From the sequence record OR545507.1: a DNA stretch of 64,000 nucleotides; one strand, written 5' to 3'. The notes beneath the pieces were generated by a model that saw only the letters and a program-made list of their open reading frames with translations, had not been told where the DNA came from and ran no database searches. Position 1 is the stretch's first letter; every line of letters begins with the position of its first letter. Shown here piece by piece: positions 58,934 to 64,000 of the stretch. A program made the translations under genes and the position numbers.

Positions 58934-60992
58934 TTAGTGCATCCTTTTGTTACTTTTATCCTTGTACCATACAAATGTCTTGACAGGTGGATATTTTTCA
59001 TTCTTTGGTGGTTCAGGCATGTCGTATACAGTTGCATTTCTAAACTTAAGAATGTATGTGTCCATTAAACGGATTATACAATAGTTTAAACATTTTTGTG
59101 CTCTTTCTTTCCAAAAATGTTTATATGGTTCTGGACAACCAAGATAATCAAGTTTATACATACTCATAGCAACTTGCATAAATCTTTGGGCCGAGAATTT
59201 TCGCTTATCAATCTTACTTGCTCTGTGTTGGTCACATGTCCAACTTGATACACCAGGCAAGTGACAAAACAAATCAAAACTAACCATACTATCAAAGTAT
59301 TTGTTATGACCATGTAACTCACCATAAAATACAGCTTCTGACACAGTATCATATAATGAGAAATTTGAATGTATATGTTCATTATCAAAAATACTTTTTA
59401 AATCTTTATAAGTTTCTGGAACAGGTGGCTCAGGTAATACTTCACCGAATACTTCAACACACCATATCTTCCATAAACCTTTTGTAAATTTATTTTCTAA
59501 TTCTCTATCACTATCAATATAAAAAGTTTTTTCATTTATGAAAACTTTTCTAGCCATGTATGCTTTAAAAATTGCATCTGGATCAATGTCTTCACGATTT
59601 ACATCATCCCAGCCTTTACCAATTCTTGAAATTTCAAATCTACGCATATACATACGACATGCTAAATCTTTAGTAAGGCTGCGACGATACTTTTCATCCT
59701 GATGTAATTTGGTTGTTTCGTGAAGAGATTTAAGCATATTTAAAATTCTCATCGCAACACCAAATATTTCCCGTTTCTTCCAATTACATATTGATCACCA
59801 CTTCGTAGTACTGTATAGCTTTCCCCTAGTATGGAACTAAGACGCGAAGTGTCTAATTGTGTATCATTCTTTAATAACTTTTTCACATATGTTTCTGAAA
59901 CAAAACCGCTTCCAGTACTGTAATGTAATTTACCATATGCTGTTTTTAATGTCAACATGTTTCCTTCTTTGATTACTGAAACACCAGCATAATCAAGGAA
60001 CTCACTAATTGAACTAGGAATACCCAAATCAATTCTCTGCTGTATTTCTTCAAAATCAACATCGATTGGGTCATTAACACCATATAGTTGTATTTTCCAA
60101 CCTGGGTCTGGACAAATATTTTCAATAGTTTTAATTAAACGTAAAAGTTTTTCAGGGAATTCAGCATTTCGTTCCATTTCAACATAAACTTGATATCGAC
60201 CATCTAAATTTGGTGTTTCTGCTGCTTCTGTATCAGCTACATCAATAGGTGATTTTTCAATAAAAGAAGATAAATCATATGCTGCATCAAAATTGTTAAG
60301 TACCTGAAACATAATAACAATATTACTATCTTCAATTTTAGGAGTATATTCATCAACACTAATGATAGGATGAATCAAATCTTTGAGAACTTGCGGACGT
60401 AAGCCTTGTTCATTTAATTTCTTTTTCATTACATTCCACCTTCTTGTGTCTCATCCGTTACTTCTACATCTAAATCCACATCATCACCAGTTACAGGTTC
60501 TTCAATATTCTCAGGAGAATTCATTGGATTACTATTGAATTCTGCTGCCATTAGTTTATATTCATCAAAACTTTCTGGATTAATCAAGTTTCGTGGAATC
60601 TGCACTCTAACCAATAGTACTGGTATTCTTTCATTTTTTGGTATACGTACCGATCCTGATTGTGTCGCAACACTTTTCATATCAGCTTGTCGATTAGGTT
60701 CTTTGATAGGAGTTATTTCATAATCAGCTTTAACATATACTTTAGTACCATGCTTCTCCAAAATAGAGAATGCTGTCGGATCAGGGAAGTTTTCACGATA
60801 GTATTTAAAAGTTACAGTACACCAATACTTACTTACAATTGGCCCCTCTACCAACTCACCCTCAATAATTCCTTTATACGCATATAAATCATTATCATCG
60901 AAATATTTCTCTACAGCAAGAAGTATATCTAACATACCACTGTTATCATACAACTGCTGAATAGCATTATCTGTATAATCTAAATCGTCCAT
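58934..60992 (-). CDS. Three hypothetical ORFs (58934-59752, 59749-60429, 60429-60992)
   Basis: ORF track; GTAAATA upstream of 60992. Confidence 0.7.
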
Positions 60993-61088
60993 ATTTTATA
61001 TTATCCTTAAAAACTAGCACATATAATACTATTTACTACTTTTAAAATACAACAAAAGGGGTTTGAATCAAACCCCAATTTAAAAGTT

Positions 61089-61733
61089 TTATTTGTAATA
61101 TTTACCTAGTACTGAATAAATTTTCAATCTAAGATCTGTCCAGTTCTCAATGTATTCAAAATTACCAGTGTTCTTATACATTGAATTATGAGAACATCCC
61201 ATCATAACTGACGGAATGCCAAGTCCCATTGCAGTTTCAATATTATTGATATAATCATCAATCATAAGTTTTACATCATATCTAGACTGTAAATCCTCTA
61301 GTGCTTGTTTCTTTGATTCATTCATTTCGATAATAATAATCTCATCAAAACAGTTTTCACCAAATTCACGCATTAGGTTTACATTACGTAAAACTTCACC
61401 ATAACCTTTTTTACCACATTTCGTTAGTACTACAAATTTTTCTTTATGAAAACGATCACGTAGCTCTTGTACAATATCAACTGTATTTGGTTCGACTGGT
61501 TTTAACAACCCAAACAAATATGATTGTTGGTTGAATTGTTCAAGAATTTTTTTAACTTCTTGTTGGGGGACACCCAACCAATCGGATAAATCATATTCTA
61601 ATGGGTATGGTGTTGATGGTGTGATATTATAAGTTTGTTTTACAAACTCAGAAAGCATACCCATATGGTCCAATAGAACTTCATCACAATCAAAAACTAT
61701 ACAACGTGGTTTCATTACATGTTCCCCGAACAA
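61089..61733 (-). CDS. HAD-family 5'(3')-deoxyribonucleotidase
   Basis: IVFDCDEVLLD motif I, VLTKC, MIDDY motif. Confidence 0.85.
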   Translation of the reverse strand: MFGEHVMKPRCIVFDCDEVLLDHMGMLSEFVKQTYNITPSTPYPLEYDLSDWLGVPQQEVKKILEQFNQQSYLFGLLKPVEPNTVDIVQELRDRFHKEKFVVLTKCGKKGYGEVLRNVNLMREFGENCFDEIIIIEMNESKKQALEDLQSRYDVKLMIDDYINNIETAMGLGIPSVMMGCSHNSMYKNTGNFEYIENWTDLRLKIYSVLGKYYK

Positions 61734-62704
61734 ATTAGGTCAATCTCACACAGTAAAGCACTAAGATTCATTTCACGGTCTGATACTGTTGCTTGCTTAA
61801 CAACTGCATCACGAATTTTAACTTTAATCTTCATCAGTGTGATTTCATCAGTACTGAACATTTCAGCATTTCTGTACAAGTAAGAGAAAAATGCATCCAT
61901 CTCATCATCAGGGATATTTTGTACAATTTGTTCACGCATTTGGCGAATGTTGCCTGCCTTTAATGCTTCAACAATTGCAGTACGATACCCTGCTGAATTT
62001 TCAATACTATCTTCAAGTTTTACTAGCTTACCATCAACAACTGAACTTTGCAATACGTTTAGTGTTTTACGGAAATCAGGATAGGAAGCATTGATGTACT
62101 TTTGAACTTGTTCAACACTATCATCACTACTCAAATCAACACCTTCTGCTAGAAGAATATTATAAATTCGAGTCATGAATTGTTCCATATCATGCTTTTC
62201 GATTGTAATAACTTGAACACGAGAAATGATAGGTTTTTGAATTTTATGTGGTTCGTTACTTGTTAAAATAAAGCGAGCATTTTCATGATAGTCTTCCATT
62301 ACACGTTTCAAACTACCTTGTGCTTTGTGGTTCATCTGCTCCATTTCTTCAAGAACAAAAATACGATATCTACCAAAACATGATAGCTTTGCTGCGGCAT
62401 CGATTTTGTCACGAACAGCATCAATGCCTTCATCGGACATGTTAAGCGTGGTCACATCACTTGGATCAAGGTGTCCATTTTGAACTAGTCCATTAATTAG
62501 TACTTTGATCGCAGATGTTTTACCAGTTCCTGCTGGGCCAAAAAACCCAATATGTGGAATGTCACCAGTCTTAATCCATTCTTCCATTTTCTGGCGTAGT
62601 GCATCGTTTTTTGATACATAATCTTCCATTGATTGTGGGCGATATTTTTCAGTCCATAGTGTGGTCATTTGTATTTCCTTATGTGTACGTGTTATAGAAT
62701 CCAA
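61715..62704 (-). CDS. Sliding-clamp loader AAA+ subunit (T4 gp44 / RFC small subunit-like)
   Basis: LWTEKYRP, Walker A GPAGTGKT, LEEME Walker B variant, FILTSN, ISRV, PDFRK.LN.LQ. Confidence 0.95.
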   Translation of the reverse strand: MDSITRTHKEIQMTTLWTEKYRPQSMEDYVSKNDALRQKMEEWIKTGDIPHIGFFGPAGTGKTSAIKVLINGLVQNGHLDPSDVTTLNMSDEGIDAVRDKIDAAAKLSCFGRYRIFVLEEMEQMNHKAQGSLKRVMEDYHENARFILTSNEPHKIQKPIISRVQVITIEKHDMEQFMTRIYNILLAEGVDLSSDDSVEQVQKYINASYPDFRKTLNVLQSSVVDGKLVKLEDSIENSAGYRTAIVEALKAGNIRQMREQIVQNIPDDEMDAFFSYLYRNAEMFSTDEITLMKIKVKIRDAVVKQATVSDREMNLSALLCEIDLICSGNM

Positions 62705-62964
62705 TCGGCTGAATTATATAATAAAGCCGTGAAAAGTTCTTCTGTCATTTCCAATTGATTTAATAAAAAATTAAAAGAATTTGCCTTATTTTTAATCCCA
62801 GTACTTTCAGCTTGGGCTGATGCAACTAATAAAACTTTAAACATATCATGTGAAACTTCATATACATATTTGGTATTTTTTCTATCTTCAAACATGAATC
62901 TTCCGTTTTTAGATACTAATGTTACATCCTTGAAACTAAATTTTCCATCATCAGTTATCATCAA
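62692..62964 (-). CDS. Hypothetical protein (90 aa)
   Basis: ORF track. Confidence 0.65.
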   Translation of the reverse strand: MMITDDGKFSFKDVTLVSKNGRFMFEDRKNTKYVYEVSHDMFKVLLVASAQAESTGIKNKANSFNFLLNQLEMTEELFTALLYNSADWIL

Positions 62965-63017
62965 AATCTGTCCAAATAAAAAGCCCAGATATTCATCCGA
63001 GCTTTAATTATATTTTA

Positions 63018-63344
63018 TTAACGACCAAAGGTTAGCATTTTAGTTCGTGGATCTTCATCTGAAACTAAACTAACTGCGGCTGGATAATCAACCAAGTTTA
63101 ATTCAATACCATCAACTTCAATAGTTCTTGACCATCGACCATGATCAATTAAAATCCATTGACCTTCTTTAATATCAGTAATGTCTTCGCCTACAGAATA
63201 AACTTTTGCCCAGCGAGAACGAATACCTCTAATTTTACCGTCATCGTTTGTTAAAACGATACCACCTGCTGTTTTGCGTTCACCATGTTCCAGTTCAGTT
63301 ACCAGTACTTTACCTTTACATGCAGTCATTACTTTATTAGTCAT
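63018..63344 (-). CDS. groES: Co-chaperonin GroES-like
   Basis: KVLV..., mobile loop KTAGGIVL, KVYSVG, IKEG..ILI. Confidence 0.9.
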   Translation of the reverse strand: MTNKVMTACKGKVLVTELEHGERKTAGGIVLTNDDGKIRGIRSRWAKVYSVGEDITDIKEGQWILIDHGRWSRTIEVDGIELNLVDYPAAVSLVSDEDPRTKMLTFGR

Positions 63345-63352
63345 TTAATATA

Positions 63353-63697
63353 TTACTCCTGATCTTTGGTTCTAGCTCGACGTGGTGCTTTCTTCTCTTC
63401 AGAAACCTCAGCTTCTTGTTCTTCGGGCTTAACTTCAAAACTCTCATCATCCCATACTTCATCCGTACCATGTTCAGTACTATGAAGTTGATGTTCAGGG
63501 ATATAATCAGGAATTTGCATTTCTCGTTCTTTTTCTTGAATCAACTCTTCACGAGTTTTAATAATTGTTCCACCTGAACCGATTTTATCACCACGTGCGT
63601 TTAAATTAGCATTACCTAATGCTACCTGATGTTGATTTTGGTACTTGAGCATATCCATGTCAATTGTTGTACCACGATAAGTTGTATGTTTAGACAT
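63353..63697 (-). CDS. Hypothetical protein (114 aa)
   Basis: ORF track; acidic C-terminus. Confidence 0.7.
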   Translation of the reverse strand: MSKHTTYRGTTIDMDMLKYQNQHQVALGNANLNARGDKIGSGGTIIKTREELIQEKEREMQIPDYIPEHQLHSTEHGTDEVWDDESFEVKPEEQEAEVSEEKKAPRRARTKDQE

Positions 63698-63760
63698 ATC
63701 AAAATCCTTTTATTGTATGTGTGATATAAGCCTACAATAAACATTATATCACATGTTTTT

Positions 63761-64000
63761 CTACCATTTCAAAAATTCGTTAACATCAAGTTCATACTTC
63801 AATGAATCTACCATATGTAGTCCAATCAAAAACAAACAGTATGATGCAACAGAGCTTCCACGACCTAGACCCCAAAAGATCTCATTTTCTTCCATATAAT
63901 CAACAAGCCATATCATACATCTTAGTAGCTTTGTCATATTATAATATTCATATAAATCAAGTTCATACTCAACACGTTTTCGTGCTTCATCGGATGTGCA
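63761..64000 (-). CDS. DNA polymerase III alpha (DnaE)-like fragment; 5' end outside the window
   Basis: Manual translation RKRVEYELDLY...LVDYMEENEIFWGLGRGSSVASYCLFLIGLHMVDSLKYEL...FLKW* carries the DnaE G.GRGS motif. Confidence 0.8.
   Translation of the reverse strand, partial: CTSDEARKRVEYELDLYEYYNMTKLLRCMIWLVDYMEENEIFWGLGRGSSVASYCLFLIGLHMVDSLKYELDVNEFLKW

Overview
AT-rich (roughly one-third GC by eye), gene-dense segment of a lytic jumbo myovirus genome, most consistent with the RaK2/GAP32/PBECO4/121Q-like enterobacterial jumbo phages (inferred from gene content, not from a search). Almost all genes are on the minus strand. The window runs from a T4-like denV gene through a long early/accessory region of small ORFs and a cluster of 7 tRNAs into core replication genes (5'-nucleotidase, clamp loader, GroES, truncated DnaE-like ORF). 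Recognisable genes include two protein-kinase-like ORFs, an HNH nuclease, a sigma-70-like factor, an Ntn-hydrolase-like ORF, a PD-(D/E)XK-like nuclease, a C5 DNA methyltransferase, a NADAR-like protein, LemA-like and TPM-like membrane proteins, a DexA-like exonuclease and TelA. Strongest unexplained signals: (1) about 15-fold over-representation of the palindrome AGTACT in the sampled 2 kb, with copies throughout the window in genes, promoters and even a tRNA stem; (2) a family of about 22 divergent small proteins sharing a C-terminal EExxFQxS motif; (3) a roughly 480-nt promoter-driven, hairpin-rich non-coding region beside the sigma gene; (4) atypical tRNAs (Ser-ACT; CAT with a long variable arm); (5) repeated terminator/promoter cassettes and a tandem MTHEEW micro-protein family. 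No CRISPR array, integrase, transposase or rRNA was seen. All homology calls are from motif recognition only.
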